A DNA stretch of 64,000 bases from an uncultured Desulfobacteraceae bacterium (GTDB taxonomy: Bacteria; Desulfobacterota; DSM-4660; Desulfatiglandales; Desulfatiglandaceae): the NCBI GenBank assembly GCA_964485655.1, contig CAZAKC010000001.1, forward strand, positions 1,028-65,027. The letters are read 5' to 3'. Made by a program: the position numbers and the translations under genes. This document shows, one piece after another, positions 19,638 to 29,921 of this stretch (the stretch's first letter is position 1; each line of letters opens with the position of its first letter). The notes beneath the pieces are model-generated. The model did no database searches. It saw only the letters and a program-made list of their open reading frames with translations, and was not told the origin of the DNA.

Positions 19638-20627
19638 TCAGTAGTCCTCATCGTCTTCGTCTGTTAATGTGCTGGCACTGTCCACCACCAAGGCATCTGC
19701 CATAGAAGGGTATAAGGACCTGAACCCCTCGACCTGAAATCCCTCTAGGTCATTAACAGGACCCTCCTCACCATCTTCTATGACCGCTTTCCTCAGATCC
19801 TCTGTCTCCTCTATGAAGTCTTCTGCTGCAGCCAGGGTCTCTTGATCTCCCGCTGAGAGGCTCGGCGTGCCTGTCAATACCTCTTGCGCCAGCCTTTCGT
19901 AGTCCTTGTAACCAATTGAGCGCCTGTCGTACTCAGAAATGGGAACACCAGAGTCCACTGTTTCCCTGAGTCTGATGTTGTAACGGATAACAGTGTCAAA
20001 GACATTTTCACCGAACCTTTCTTTCACCTTTTCCAGTACTAATCTGGAGTACTTGGTCCTGTTATCAAACATTGTAATCAGTGCCCTGGCCTTGACCTCG
20101 TGACCAAGCCTTTCCTTTAACATAAACACGATCTCCATTAGTTTAGAAACCCCTCTCAAGGAAAATAGGGACAAATCGATCGGGATGATAACCTCTTGCG
20201 CGGCCCTAAGGGCATTTACACACAGGTGGCCTATACTGGGTGGGCAGTCTATGATGGCATAATCGTAGTCCTCTCCCAGCACACCCATTGCCCGGTACAA
20301 CTTACTCTCGCGGCCTTCCACACCAGCGAGTTCCTGTTCCACTGCGCTGAGCTTTGCGCTGGATGGAGCGAGCCACAGGTTCTCCTTCACCGGTAATAGG
20401 ATTTCAGACATGGCCATGTTACCATTATTGCTTGGGGACAGTATCTCAAATATGGTTTGAGTCAGTTCCCCAGGGACCAGATTCAAGCCCATGGTCGCAT
20501 GGGCCTGGGGGTCTGCATCAATCAGAACGACCTTTTGGCCCTTTGAAGCCAGTAAAGAGGAAAGATTGATAGCGGTTGTAGTCTTTCCGCAGCCTCCCTT
20601 TTGATTTGCTATGGCTATTACCTTCAT
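19638..20627 (-). CDS. ParA/MinD-family P-loop ATPase with ~80-aa acidic C-terminal extension
   Basis: Deviant Walker [31 protein letters not shown]-terminus is rich in D/E and ends DEDDEDY. Confidence 0.85.
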   Translation of the reverse strand: MKVIAIANQKGGCGKTTTAINLSSLLASKGQKVVLIDADPQAHATMGLNLVPGELTQTIFEILSPSNNGNMAMSEILLPVKENLWLAPSSAKLSAVEQELAGVEGRESKLYRAMGVLGEDYDYAIIDCPPSIGHLCVNALRAAQEVIIPIDLSLFSLRGVSKLMEIVFMLKERLGHEVKARALITMFDNRTKYSRLVLEKVKERFGENVFDTVIRYNIRLRETVDSGVPISEYDRRSIGYKDYERLAQEVLTGTPSLSAGDQETLAAAEDFIEETEDLRKAVIEDGEEGPVNDLEGFQVEGFRSLYPSMADALVVDSASTLTDEDDEDY

Positions 20628-20906
20628 CAGTTCACCCCTTTCTTGCGAATCTAAATAAAAGTTGTTTTCCCCCTCCTTGGAGGTAATAGTTCGCCACTCC
20701 CTGGGATACCAAATTACCCCCGATGGAACTCTGAACCCCTCAACAAAGTCTAACTTGGCGTCCTTTGGTGGAAAGTCGAACCATCAGGCAAGAACACTTC
20801 CTCATATAGAGAAGGTCACGGGCTATTGCGAATCGACCCTTGATAAAATTTATATCAGAACAAAAAAGACTGCGCAAGAGAAAGATTCAATATATTGTAT
20901 TTTTTC

Positions 20907-20935
20907 TTGACGCTTACCCCAATTGGTTGTATATA
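20907..20935 (+). promoter_or_regulatory. Candidate sigma70-type promoter (TTGACG-17 nt-TATATA)
   Basis: Hexamers at 20907-20912 and 20930-20935, just upstream of the ATG at 20945. That start would give a nearly leaderless mRNA, so either the promoter or the start call may be wrong. Confidence 0.3.
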
Positions 20936-20944
20936 CATCGCAAA

Positions 20945-21832
20945 ATGCATAGATATCACAGAGTAGAAAAAGCGGTGGATTACACAAGGAGAATTTTTCT
21001 CCAGAAAAGTGGCTTCCTGCTGCTTTCCTCAACCGCCTCGGTGATGATGCCTGGTATGGCTATGGCTTCGTGGAAGCTGGTCCTTCCCATGCCTAAAAGG
21101 CCACCTATGCCTATCAAACCGAGACCCTCTTGGCCTCGAGTGGCAATCGTGATAGACGATATCGGGAATAACCTCCACCTGGCGAGGGAGTTTCTCGCCT
21201 TACCCGTACCCATTACATTTTCAATCCTTCCACAGCGCCCCTTCTCTCGCAGATTGATGGAGGAAATCGCCAAGGCCGGCCATGAAATCCTTCTCCACCA
21301 GCCCATGGAGCCGTTTCGGCGGGATATTGACCCCGGCCCGGGGGCCGTATACACGAGCTTTTCCTCAACCCGGATTCAGGAGACAATCAGAACAAACCTT
21401 ATGGAAATCAATCTGGCAACAGGCGTAAACAACCATATGGGATCCAAGTTTACTGCCAACGGGAAAAAGATCAAAGAGGCCCTGGAGGTTATAAAGCAAA
21501 AAGGGCTTTTCTTTGTGGATAGCCTCACGACACCCCGTTCTGTAGCCTATCGGACTGCCAGAAGGCTTCACATAATTGCTGCCCACAGGAACGTGTTTCT
21601 GGATTGTCCGGCACATACCACTGTAGCTATCAAGGAAATGAAAAAGCTGATGTCAGTGGCGATCCGGTGGGGTAAAGCTATCGGGATTGGCCACCCCTTT
21701 GCCACTACGCTTCAAGGGATAAAAGTGTTCCTCAGCACTTACCAAAGCATATGGAAGCGGGTGGAGTTCGTAGGTATTTCTAAGTTAATGCACAACTGTG
21801 GATACGAGTTACATAAGAATCATAAGGAATAA
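20945..21832 (+). CDS. Divergent polysaccharide deacetylase family protein (YibQ-like)
   Basis: VAIVIDDIGNN, PVPITFSILP, LLHQPME, NNHMGS. N-terminal RR-containing signal-like segment (TRRIFLQKSGFLLL). The start is uncertain; the ORF track starts at 20840. Confidence 0.75.
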   Translation: MHRYHRVEKAVDYTRRIFLQKSGFLLLSSTASVMMPGMAMASWKLVLPMPKRPPMPIKPRPSWPRVAIVIDDIGNNLHLAREFLALPVPITFSILPQRPFSRRLMEEIAKAGHEILLHQPMEPFRRDIDPGPGAVYTSFSSTRIQETIRTNLMEINLATGVNNHMGSKFTANGKKIKEALEVIKQKGLFFVDSLTTPRSVAYRTARRLHIIAAHRNVFLDCPAHTTVAIKEMKKLMSVAIRWGKAIGIGHPFATTLQGIKVFLSTYQSIWKRVEFVGISKLMHNCGYELHKNHKE

Positions 21833-21839
21833 TCTTACC

Positions 21840-22403
21840 ATGGCCTTCTCAAAGGCACCCGTGGATCTCGCAAGAAGGCTGGGCGCCAGAATAGAGGGAA
21901 ACTCTTACTCGTTCAAGGCCCTTGGCACTAGTTGCACCCTTACTGAAGAATCTATTTTTCTGAACGGAGAACCTGAGCATGGCCCCGTGGGTGTTATTAT
22001 CTCTCTTTATGCCGTTTGCGCTTCGGCCGAACCCATTGTGCTCGAACCATTTAAGGCCTTTCAGGATTTCCCAAACAGCATACCATACCGTGGGCCTTTC
22101 AAGGCCAAGACGGAATTACCATTAGTGCGTTATGTAGAAGTCCTAGCCAGGAGACAGCACACGATATTGTCCCGTTTTGATGGTCACCAGGCACCAAAGG
22201 CCCTAAAGGGCGATCTGTCATTCGTCATATATCCCCTGCCAAAGGTGGCCCTTGCTTATATATTCTATTTTTCAGACGAAGAGTTCCCGGCCTCTGCCAC
22301 TTGTCTTTTTTCTTCCAATGCCCTATCCTTCTTGCCATTGGACGCACTTGCTGATCTAGGCGAATACACCACAAAGGCCATTATTGAGTTGGTTAGCAGT
22401 TAG
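21840..22403 (+). CDS. DUF3786-family protein
   Basis: Matches my memory of the DUF3786 pattern (DLSFVIYPLPKVALAYIFYFSDEEFPAS...LPLDALADL). Start at the ATG at 21840, 7 nt after the previous stop. Confidence 0.6.
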   Translation: MAFSKAPVDLARRLGARIEGNSYSFKALGTSCTLTEESIFLNGEPEHGPVGVIISLYAVCASAEPIVLEPFKAFQDFPNSIPYRGPFKAKTELPLVRYVEVLARRQHTILSRFDGHQAPKALKGDLSFVIYPLPKVALAYIFYFSDEEFPASATCLFSSNALSFLPLDALADLGEYTTKAIIELVSS

Positions 22404-22429
22404 TTAATCGGCGAAGGTGCAGAGCTGCG

Positions 22430-22849
22430 ATGAATTCTACTTCATTTCAAAGAGTAGTGCAGGAAAGATTAGTTGAGACTATAGAGCTGGACAATGGGGT
22501 CAAGGTAGAGCTCTGGGACCTCAGTCGCGTGCTTGCGGGCGACAGGTGGTTGGTGAGCCTGGAGGCACGGGTGGATATCCCCCTTGTTCCTGATATCATG
22601 CCCCCCACACCTAACAGGGAGAGGTTATTGCGCGTCCTTCGGGACGTATTTGGGGATAACGTGCCTTATCGGTACATTCAAGAGAGGCACTTTATCGACG
22701 AAAAAGATAAGGACGCGCTGTTTGAGGAATTTGTTACCCTGCTTAAGAAAAATGTAGTACCCTATCTATCACACAAGGATTTCGCCAGACGGCTGGTTTT
22801 ATCCAAGATACGTGAGCTTGAAGCAAAGGATCCTCGACTTTTCCTCTGA
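22430..22849 (+). CDS. Hypothetical protein
   Basis: 139-aa ORF packed between neighbouring genes (26-nt and 10-nt gaps). No recognisable motif. Confidence 0.55.
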   Translation: MNSTSFQRVVQERLVETIELDNGVKVELWDLSRVLAGDRWLVSLEARVDIPLVPDIMPPTPNRERLLRVLRDVFGDNVPYRYIQERHFIDEKDKDALFEEFVTLLKKNVVPYLSHKDFARRLVLSKIRELEAKDPRLFL

Positions 22850-22859
22850 GGCCAAGGAC

Positions 22860-23567
22860 ATGAAAATCGTCTCCGCCCAGCAGCCATACTTTGTACCCTA
22901 TGCAGGATTCTTTCAAAAAGCCCTTCAATCGCATATTCTGGTATTAATGGATGAAGTACAATTCCCTCGCGGCACCACATGGCTTACCAGAAACCGATTC
23001 AAGAACGATCAGGGCACCCTGTGGCTGACAATACCAGTGTGGAAAAAGGGCCGGGGACTTCAGAGGATCTCGGAGGTAGAGATCTGCCACCAGGGCAGAT
23101 GGGCGAAAAAACACCTGGCCTCTCTTATAACTGCTTACGCAAACGCCCCATTTTTCAGAGACCATGAGGACTTCATTGGCCAGCTTTTCTCGCCGACATA
23201 CGTCAAGCTGGTCCAATTGAATGAAAGCGCTATTCGATATATCCTTGGCCTCCTGAAAATTCCAACTCGTGTAATTCGCCTATCAGAGCTAGGGATAAAG
23301 GCAAGGGAACCATGGCTTTCTATCAAGGTATGTAAGGCCTTGGGAGCCACTCACTTTCTGGCACAGAACTCAGCTCGAAAATACCTGTACATTGAAGGCT
23401 TCGAAAAGGAGGGGATTAAGGTTATATTCTTTAATCCGCGCCCCCTGGTCTACCCACAGTTGTGGGGCCGGTTCCTGCCCAATCTTTCAGTGCTTGATCT
23501 TTTATTTAATTGTGGACCAGGGGCAACAGAGATTATCAGGAAAGGTATCAGGCCTCCGAGGCTATAG
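22860..23567 (+). CDS. WbqC-family protein
   Basis: MKIVSAQQPYFVPYAGFF... and a LDLLFNCG C-terminus are characteristic of WbqC-like proteins. Start at the ATG at 22860. The 3' end overlaps convergent ftsH by 20 nt. Confidence 0.75.
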   Translation: MKIVSAQQPYFVPYAGFFQKALQSHILVLMDEVQFPRGTTWLTRNRFKNDQGTLWLTIPVWKKGRGLQRISEVEICHQGRWAKKHLASLITAYANAPFFRDHEDFIGQLFSPTYVKLVQLNESAIRYILGLLKIPTRVIRLSELGIKAREPWLSIKVCKALGATHFLAQNSARKYLYIEGFEKEGIKVIFFNPRPLVYPQLWGRFLPNLSVLDLLFNCGPGATEIIRKGIRPPRL

Positions 23568-25377
23568 AAAAACCCCTTGACTTCATTATTTCCTTCAGTT
23601 CTTCACCCTCAATTTTCTCTTTCTCTAAAAGCACCTCTGCACCTTCAATCAGTACTTCCTTTTTTTCTTCCAGGATACTCTTGGCCTTTTCATACTGTGT
23701 GGAGATAATCTCCCTTACTTCATTGTCTATCAATTGAGCTGTGGCCTCGCTGTACTCTCCACCGCCCTCCATCATGGGTGTCTGGAGGAACTGCGCCTTT
23801 TGCTGGCTGGCAAAATATACCTGCCCCACCTTCTTGCTCATGCCATATTCTTTGACCATTGACCTTGCTATATCGGTCGCTCTGGCCAGGTCGTTATGCG
23901 CTCCGGTGGAAATATCCCCGAACATGAGTTCCTCAGCAGCACGCCCTCCCAGCAAGGATGCAATCTTATTCAACAACTCTGTCTTCTTCATCAGAAAACG
24001 GTCCTCAGTTGGGACCTGCATCGTGTAGCCAAGGGCGGCAATACCGCGAGGGACAATGGAAATCTTCTTTACTGGATCGGTGCCGGGCAATGAGAGCGCA
24101 ACAAGGGCATGACCCACCTCATGATATGCGACTATCTTGCGTTCTTCTTCATTGATAAGGCGGTTCTTTTTCTCCAGTCCGGCAATGACCCTCTCTACAG
24201 CCTCCTCGAACTCCCTCATGGTCACTTTCTTCTTGTTGCGCCGTACTGCAAGGAGCGCTGCCTCATTAACCAGGTTCGCGAGGTCCGCACCTACCATGCC
24301 CGAGGTCATGTTGGCGATGGTTTCCACGTCCACGTCATCGGCTACCTTAACATTGCGGAGGTGAACCTTGAGAATTTCTTCCCGACCTTTCTTGTCAGGT
24401 CTATCAACAAGTATATGTCTATCAAAACGGCCAGGCCTCAAGAGGGCTGGATCCAGTATCTCTGGCCTGTTGGTGGCAGCCATCAGGATGACACCTATCG
24501 TGGGGTCAAAGCCGTCCATCTCTACCAGCAACTGATTCAGGGTCTGCTCCCTTTCATCATGGCTTGCGACTCCGCCAATTCCTCTTGCCTTACCAAGCGC
24601 ATCCAATTCATCAATAAATATTATGCACGGTGCCCTCTTTTTGGCCTGGTCAAACAGGTCCCTGACTCGCGCGGCTCCCAGACCCACGAACATCTCCACA
24701 AAATCCGAGCCACTCATACTGAAAAAGGGCACGTGGCTCTCCCCCGCGACTGCTTTCGCCAACAGGGTTTTTCCGGTACCCGGAGGCCCAACAAGCAGTA
24801 CCCCTTTAGGCATTTTTCCACCGATTTGCGTAAACTTTTGTGGCTCCTTGAGGAACTCCACTATTTCCATTAACTCTTCTTTTGCCTCATCAACTCCCGC
24901 CACGTCATCAAAGGTTACCTGTAAGTCATCTTCCATATACACCTTGGCCTTGCTCTTGCCCAATGTCATAAATCCGGGTTGCTGCCCCGTCATGCGCTTC
25001 ATGAAAAAGTACCACACTCCAACAAATAAGAATATGGGGATCACCCACGAAAAAAGATCCCTTAAAAATGTAGATTCCACCTCTCCCTTGAACGTAACGT
25101 TATACTTGGCAAGGAGTTTGGCAATCTCAGGATCTACCCTGACAGTTCGAAAGAGGATTGGACGACCGTTTGGTGAGGCATCGGCCCTGAGGCGGCCCTG
25201 GATCTGGTTGGCCCCGATTGCCACTTCAGTTACTTTGCCCTCTTTCAGGAGTTTCAGGAACTCACTGTAGGGGATTGTACGGATTGCAAGCATAGAAATA
25301 ATAGAATGCTGAAGAAGTAAGACAATCCATATCCCGATCAGTAAGTACCAGATAGAAAATTTATGGTGCTTTTCCAT
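23548..25377 (-). CDS. ftsH: ATP-dependent zinc metalloprotease FtsH
   Basis: Two N-terminal TMs, Walker A GPPGTGKT, Walker [31 protein letters not shown], zinc site HEVGHA. Confidence 0.95.
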   Translation of the reverse strand: MEKHHKFSIWYLLIGIWIVLLLQHSIISMLAIRTIPYSEFLKLLKEGKVTEVAIGANQIQGRLRADASPNGRPILFRTVRVDPEIAKLLAKYNVTFKGEVESTFLRDLFSWVIPIFLFVGVWYFFMKRMTGQQPGFMTLGKSKAKVYMEDDLQVTFDDVAGVDEAKEELMEIVEFLKEPQKFTQIGGKMPKGVLLVGPPGTGKTLLAKAVAGESHVPFFSMSGSDFVEMFVGLGAARVRDLFDQAKKRAPCIIFIDELDALGKARGIGGVASHDEREQTLNQLLVEMDGFDPTIGVILMAATNRPEILDPALLRPGRFDRHILVDRPDKKGREEILKVHLRNVKVADDVDVETIANMTSGMVGADLANLVNEAALLAVRRNKKKVTMREFEEAVERVIAGLEKKNRLINEEERKIVAYHEVGHALVALSLPGTDPVKKISIVPRGIAALGYTMQVPTEDRFLMKKTELLNKIASLLGGRAAEELMFGDISTGAHNDLARATDIARSMVKEYGMSKKVGQVYFASQQKAQFLQTPMMEGGGEYSEATAQLIDNEVREIISTQYEKAKSILEEKKEVLIEGAEVLLEKEKIEGEELKEIMKSRGFSIASEA

Positions 25378-25625
25378 TGCTTTCCCCTCCCGAAAATGTT
25401 TCTCGGCCGCTCAAGAAACCTCAAAAATGTCCTCCGGGTACTTGGACCTCTGTTTCCTAGGGCACTTATGCCTCGGGACTCATCATATTTTCCAAATAAC
25501 TTGCAAAAAATTTGTTAATCAATGTAAACACACTAACGTGTATGTGCAACCCAAAAAGCGCGAAAATCTTGTAAAAACCATCGCTATGGTCTATGTTACC
25601 CCATCCAGCAGGTTGAGGACGAACT

Positions 25626-26696
25626 ATGTATAAGCCTTTACGGGATCGGCATACCGCATGGAATTGGAAGGCGCTCCTGGCCCGTAGCATGCAGACTGCA
25701 GATCAACTCCAAAGATTGTTGGGTCAAAGCATTCCCTACCTTGAACAGATCATTCATCGCTATCCCATGCGCATCAATGAGTATTATTTCAGGCTAATAG
25801 AGTCAGAAGGGGACCCCATTTACCGACAGTGCGTGCCCGACCCCAGGGAACTTCGGCAAATGCCCGGCACCGCAGATCCCTTGGCTGAAGAAAAGCACTC
25901 CCCTGTGGCCGGTCTCACTCATCGCTACCCTGACAGAGTCTTGTTCTTGATCTCCAATGAGTGTGCCGTATATTGCAGGTTCTGCAATCGCAAGAGGAAG
26001 GTTGGCCGCAAAGGCATAGTGACGCCAGATACCATAAGGGACGGCATTGCTTATATAAGAGCGAACAGGCAGTTACGCGACGTCTTACTTTCAGGAGGAG
26101 ATCCCTTTTTGCTCGAGACAGAGGAACTTGAAGAGATACTGGCACAATTAAGAGCGATCCCTCACGTTGAAATCATAAGGATTGGAACCAGGACCCCATG
26201 CACTCTTCCCCACAGGATAACGCCTAGACTAGTCAGGATGATAAGTAAGTATCACCCCGTTTATGTAAATACTCACTTCAATCATCCCAGGGAGATCACC
26301 CCTGAGGCTTCCCAAGCCTGTTCGCTGTTAGCCGACGCTGGCATTCCCATTGGCTGCCAGACCGTGCTCCTCAAGGGCGTGAACGACAACAGGGAAACCA
26401 TGGCCCTGCTTATGCAGCGACTCGTCAAAATAAGGGTCAGGCCCTATTACCTCTTCCAGTGTGATCAGGTCAGGGGCACATCCCATTTCTGGACCGACCC
26501 TCAGAAAGGTGTGGACATCATTACCAGCCTCCTTGGTCATATCTCCGGCCTGTGTATACCCCACTATTGCATCGACCTGCCCGGGGGAGGGGGAAAGATT
26601 CTCCACATGCCCTCCTATGTGGAAAGGAGAGAAGAAACGGGGCTTATTGTTAAAAACTTTGAAGGTAAGACCTATAAATACCCGATTTACGAATAA
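25626..26696 (+). CDS. KamA-family radical SAM aminomutase (lysine 2,3-aminomutase-like)
   Basis: CAVYCRFCNRKRK (CX3CX2C), LLSGGDP, RIGTR, HFNHP. 356 aa, shorter than classical clostridial KamA. Confidence 0.85.
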   Translation: MYKPLRDRHTAWNWKALLARSMQTADQLQRLLGQSIPYLEQIIHRYPMRINEYYFRLIESEGDPIYRQCVPDPRELRQMPGTADPLAEEKHSPVAGLTHRYPDRVLFLISNECAVYCRFCNRKRKVGRKGIVTPDTIRDGIAYIRANRQLRDVLLSGGDPFLLETEELEEILAQLRAIPHVEIIRIGTRTPCTLPHRITPRLVRMISKYHPVYVNTHFNHPREITPEASQACSLLADAGIPIGCQTVLLKGVNDNRETMALLMQRLVKIRVRPYYLFQCDQVRGTSHFWTDPQKGVDIITSLLGHISGLCIPHYCIDLPGGGGKILHMPSYVERREETGLIVKNFEGKTYKYPIYE

Positions 26697-26714
26697 ACAG
26701 GAAAGGAGTTCCTT

Positions 26715-28316
26715 ATGATACGCATTACTTGTTTAGGTGCTGCGGGTACGGTGACAGGTTCATGTTATCTCGTTGAGACTCCAGGGGGCAAGAGATTGCT
26801 TGTGGATTGTGGGCTGTTTCAGGGAGGGAAGCAGACTGAAAATCGCAACTGGGAACCATGGGGCTTTACTCCCTCTGAACTGGAGGCTGTCTTCTTGACT
26901 CATGCACATATTGATCACAGCGGCAGACTGCCAAAACTAGTCAAAGACGGCTACAAGGGCAAAATCTACACCTCTCCCCCAACTGCGGAATTGTGTGAGA
27001 TTATGCTTCTTGATTCGGCTCATATACAGGAGATGGATGCAGAGTGGCAAACACGGAAAAACCGCAGAAACGGCCGCCCGGATGTCCATCCTCTTTATAC
27101 AACTGAGGACGCCCAAGCCACAATCCCCCGTCTGGTCGGGATAGACAGAGACAGAGTTATTGAAATAGAACCGGGGGTCAACATCAGGCTCCGAAACGCA
27201 GGTCATATTCTTGGCTCCTCTATTCTGGAGCTTTGGATAAAGGAAGATGGTGATAAAACCAAGCTCGTGTTTTCAGGTGATTTAGGAAGAAAACACCAGC
27301 TCATTGTAAAGGACCCCCATGAAATATTTGATGCTGATTATCTTTTCGTTGAATCCACATATGGCAACAGAAAGCACAAGTCCTTTGATGACAGTAAGAC
27401 AGAGCTACTTGAGGCCATAAAGTACAGCTACAGCCACGGGGAAAAGGTTATTATCCCCGCTTTTGCTGTGGAACGAACACAGGAGATCCTTTATATACTG
27501 GGAGAGTTTGATCGGGCCGGGCTCCTCCCTGACATCCCTATTTACCTTGACAGTCCTCTTGCCATTCGGGCCACTGAGGTATTCCGAAAAAACAAGAAGT
27601 GCTACGATGAAGAGGCCCAGGCTATTGTTGAAAAGGGTTACGACCCCTTCGACATGCCAAAGCTCAAGTTCACCCTCACCACCCAGGAGTCTATGGGTAT
27701 CAATGAACTGCAGGGCAGCGCTATAGTCATTGCTGCCAATGGTATGTGCACTGCCGGGCGAATTAAACATCACCTCAAGCACAATCTGTGGCGCCACGGG
27801 GCCAGCATTGTCATTGTGGGATATCAGGCCATGGGTACGACAGGGCGCAAGATCGTAGAGGGCGCAAAGAGGGTCAAGATATTCAGGGAAAATGTGGCGG
27901 TGAACGCAAAGGTGTTTACCATCGGAGGATTTTCGGCTCACGCTGATCAGGATGACCTCCTTGAATGGATCTCCCATTTTGAATCCGCCCCAAAGGTCTT
28001 TGTGGTTCACGGAGAACCCGTATCAAGCCAGGCCCTTGCGGACCTGATCCGTGATCGGTTTCATCTTGATGTCCACATACCTAGGTGGAAAGAACGCTTG
28101 GTGCTCAAGCCAAGGGAGGTCTTGATGCAACCGGTAGAAGAAAAGAAGGCCGAAGCTGACATTCCCACAATGATGTTCAACGCCATTGTGGACCTGGAAA
28201 AACAAATTAAGGAATTAAGGAAGCTTATCAGTTCCACCCAGGGGCAAAAAAAGCTCACAGAGGAGGATGTGGAAAGAATTGAATATGTTACAGAAGAGCT
28301 ACGCGAAATGATTTGA
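26715..28316 (+). CDS. MBL-fold beta-CASP ribonuclease-like hydrolase with C-terminal coiled-coil extension
   Basis: LVDCGLFQG, THAHIDHSG, ESTYG, GFSAHAD, VHGE. Confidence 0.85.
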   Translation: MIRITCLGAAGTVTGSCYLVETPGGKRLLVDCGLFQGGKQTENRNWEPWGFTPSELEAVFLTHAHIDHSGRLPKLVKDGYKGKIYTSPPTAELCEIMLLDSAHIQEMDAEWQTRKNRRNGRPDVHPLYTTEDAQATIPRLVGIDRDRVIEIEPGVNIRLRNAGHILGSSILELWIKEDGDKTKLVFSGDLGRKHQLIVKDPHEIFDADYLFVESTYGNRKHKSFDDSKTELLEAIKYSYSHGEKVIIPAFAVERTQEILYILGEFDRAGLLPDIPIYLDSPLAIRATEVFRKNKKCYDEEAQAIVEKGYDPFDMPKLKFTLTTQESMGINELQGSAIVIAANGMCTAGRIKHHLKHNLWRHGASIVIVGYQAMGTTGRKIVEGAKRVKIFRENVAVNAKVFTIGGFSAHADQDDLLEWISHFESAPKVFVVHGEPVSSQALADLIRDRFHLDVHIPRWKERLVLKPREVLMQPVEEKKAEADIPTMMFNAIVDLEKQIKELRKLISSTQGQKKLTEEDVERIEYVTEELREMI

Positions 28317-28345
28317 CCCACGGCGGCCACTGTGGGACTGCGAGA

Positions 28346-28552
28346 TTAGTCTTCGGGATCCTGCGGTGCCAGCAGATCGGAGAAATTCAGCTCCAGCATC
28401 TTGATGCTTGCCAGGATCCGCGCTGCATTCCTCCTTGCAGCCGGGAGGGCATGGAATTTCTCTTGGATCTCCAGGGCCGTGCCCTTTAGTTGTGCTATGA
28501 GCTCACGCATCTGTTTTAATTCGCTATCGGTGTCCATCGTACATGTTCCCAT
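28346..28552 (-). CDS. Small helical protein, unknown; translationally coupled to the CoA ligase gene
   Basis: The ATG at 28552-28550 shares one base with the ligase TGA (TGATG). 68 aa, amphipathic helical-looking (ELKQMRELIAQLKGTALEIQEKF...). Confidence 0.5.
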   Translation of the reverse strand: MGTCTMDTDSELKQMRELIAQLKGTALEIQEKFHALPAARRNAARILASIKMLELNFSDLLAPQDPED

Positions 28553-29886
28553 CAATGGGCTTTTCTCATATCCTTAAAACGTCTTGCCTTGACCTCATAT
28601 CGCGGTAGACTCCCATATTTATGAAACTCCAGGTGATATCCGAGGTTTGTCTTAACTCTGAGCTGGTCAATTAATTCCGCCTCTATTCTGTCCCTAGCGC
28701 CCTCATGTCCTGGCAATAGTTCCACCTTCAAAGTGATGTGGTCAATATCACCACGTCTTTCAACCACCACCTCATACTCATCACCGAGCCCTTTTATCCC
28801 TCTCACCACTTCTTCTATGGCCGAAGGGGCAAGAAGCACCCCCTTGACCTTGGTGATATCATCTGCCCTGCCTATCACTCCACCCTTTATAAGCCGAAAT
28901 GACCTGCCGCAGGGGCATGGTGCTGATGCCCACTCAATGATGTCCTTGGAGTCAAACCGCACACATGGTTGTGCAATCCGATCAAAGGCGGTAATAATCA
29001 TCTTACCCTTTTTCCCCGGCTCTTCAATGGGCTCACCTGTATCTATATCCACTATTTCAACTAGGAAAAAGGCCTCATTTACGTGGAGTCCTCCAGGCTG
29101 GGCTTTGCATTCGTATGACCATGCGCCAATCTCCGTGGCCCCGGCATGGTCATATACCGCCGCCCCCCAGGCCTGCTCCATCCGCTTTTTGGTACTAGGA
29201 ATACTGGCCCCTGGCTCTCCGGCGCATGTTATCTTTTCGATGGTCATTTCTGATGGATCAAGTCCCATCTTGTTCTTAGCTGTATCGGCCATTCCCAAGA
29301 CATAGGTGGGGGTTGCCATCATGGCGGTTGGCCTTAACTCCTGTATCTTCAGTATCCTGGCTTTGGTATCCAGTACACCACCAGGTACGACCTCGCAGCC
29401 GATCTTTTCAGCGGCATAGTGACCAGCCCAAAATGCAACAAAGACGTTGTACCCGAAGGGTATGAAAACTCTGTCAGATTCACGGTATCCTTGTGCCCAC
29501 AGGATAAAAGCCCAGCACTCCGCCCACCACTCCCAGTCCTGCCATGTATCGGGCTGGTATACTGGTTGGCCGGTAGTCCCGCTAGTCTGGCGAAATTCTG
29601 TAACCTCTTCCAAGGGCACACACAGGGCGTCCCCATATGGAAACGGATCCTTGCGCTGGATATCGCGCATCATGGATTTTTCTACCGTGGGGACGTGGCG
29701 AATATCTTCCAAGGAGCGGATATCTCTTGGAGTAACACCTGCTTCATTATAGAGGGCTCGGTGAAACTTTGAGTGCTCGTAGGCCCACTTGAAAATTCTC
29801 TGGAACTTTTTCACCTGGAGGGCCCGGATCCTCTCAGGATCAAGAGTCTCCAGATATTGGTTCCAGTATTCGCTATCTGCCATCAC
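28552..29886 (-). CDS. Phenylacetate-CoA ligase family (PaaK / F390-synthetase-like) adenylate-forming enzyme
   Basis: TSGTTGQP P-loop-like motif, overall PaaK-like N-terminus (KKFQRIFKWAYEHSKFHRALY), C-terminal KVKG. Confidence 0.85.
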   Translation of the reverse strand: MMADSEYWNQYLETLDPERIRALQVKKFQRIFKWAYEHSKFHRALYNEAGVTPRDIRSLEDIRHVPTVEKSMMRDIQRKDPFPYGDALCVPLEEVTEFRQTSGTTGQPVYQPDTWQDWEWWAECWAFILWAQGYRESDRVFIPFGYNVFVAFWAGHYAAEKIGCEVVPGGVLDTKARILKIQELRPTAMMATPTYVLGMADTAKNKMGLDPSEMTIEKITCAGEPGASIPSTKKRMEQAWGAAVYDHAGATEIGAWSYECKAQPGGLHVNEAFFLVEIVDIDTGEPIEEPGKKGKMIITAFDRIAQPCVRFDSKDIIEWASAPCPCGRSFRLIKGGVIGRADDITKVKGVLLAPSAIEEVVRGIKGLGDEYEVVVERRGDIDHITLKVELLPGHEGARDRIEAELIDQLRVKTNLGYHLEFHKYGSLPRYEVKARRFKDMRKAH

Positions 29887-29921
29887 ATATCCCCAAGGCC
29901 AAATCTATTATAGACCGTGTG

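Noticed and set aside
20765-20786. GGTTCGA..CCACCA-like string (- strand) that looked like a tRNA T-arm and 3' end
   Set aside because: The flanking sequence cannot form a T-stem, acceptor stem or the other arms. It is not a tRNA.
24109-25270. Long + strand ORFs (254 aa and 215 aa) inside ftsH
   Set aside because: They are antisense to an unambiguous FtsH gene. Their translations are low-complexity, Ser/Leu/Pro/Arg-rich and carry no motifs. This is the usual open antisense frame of a mid-GC gene.
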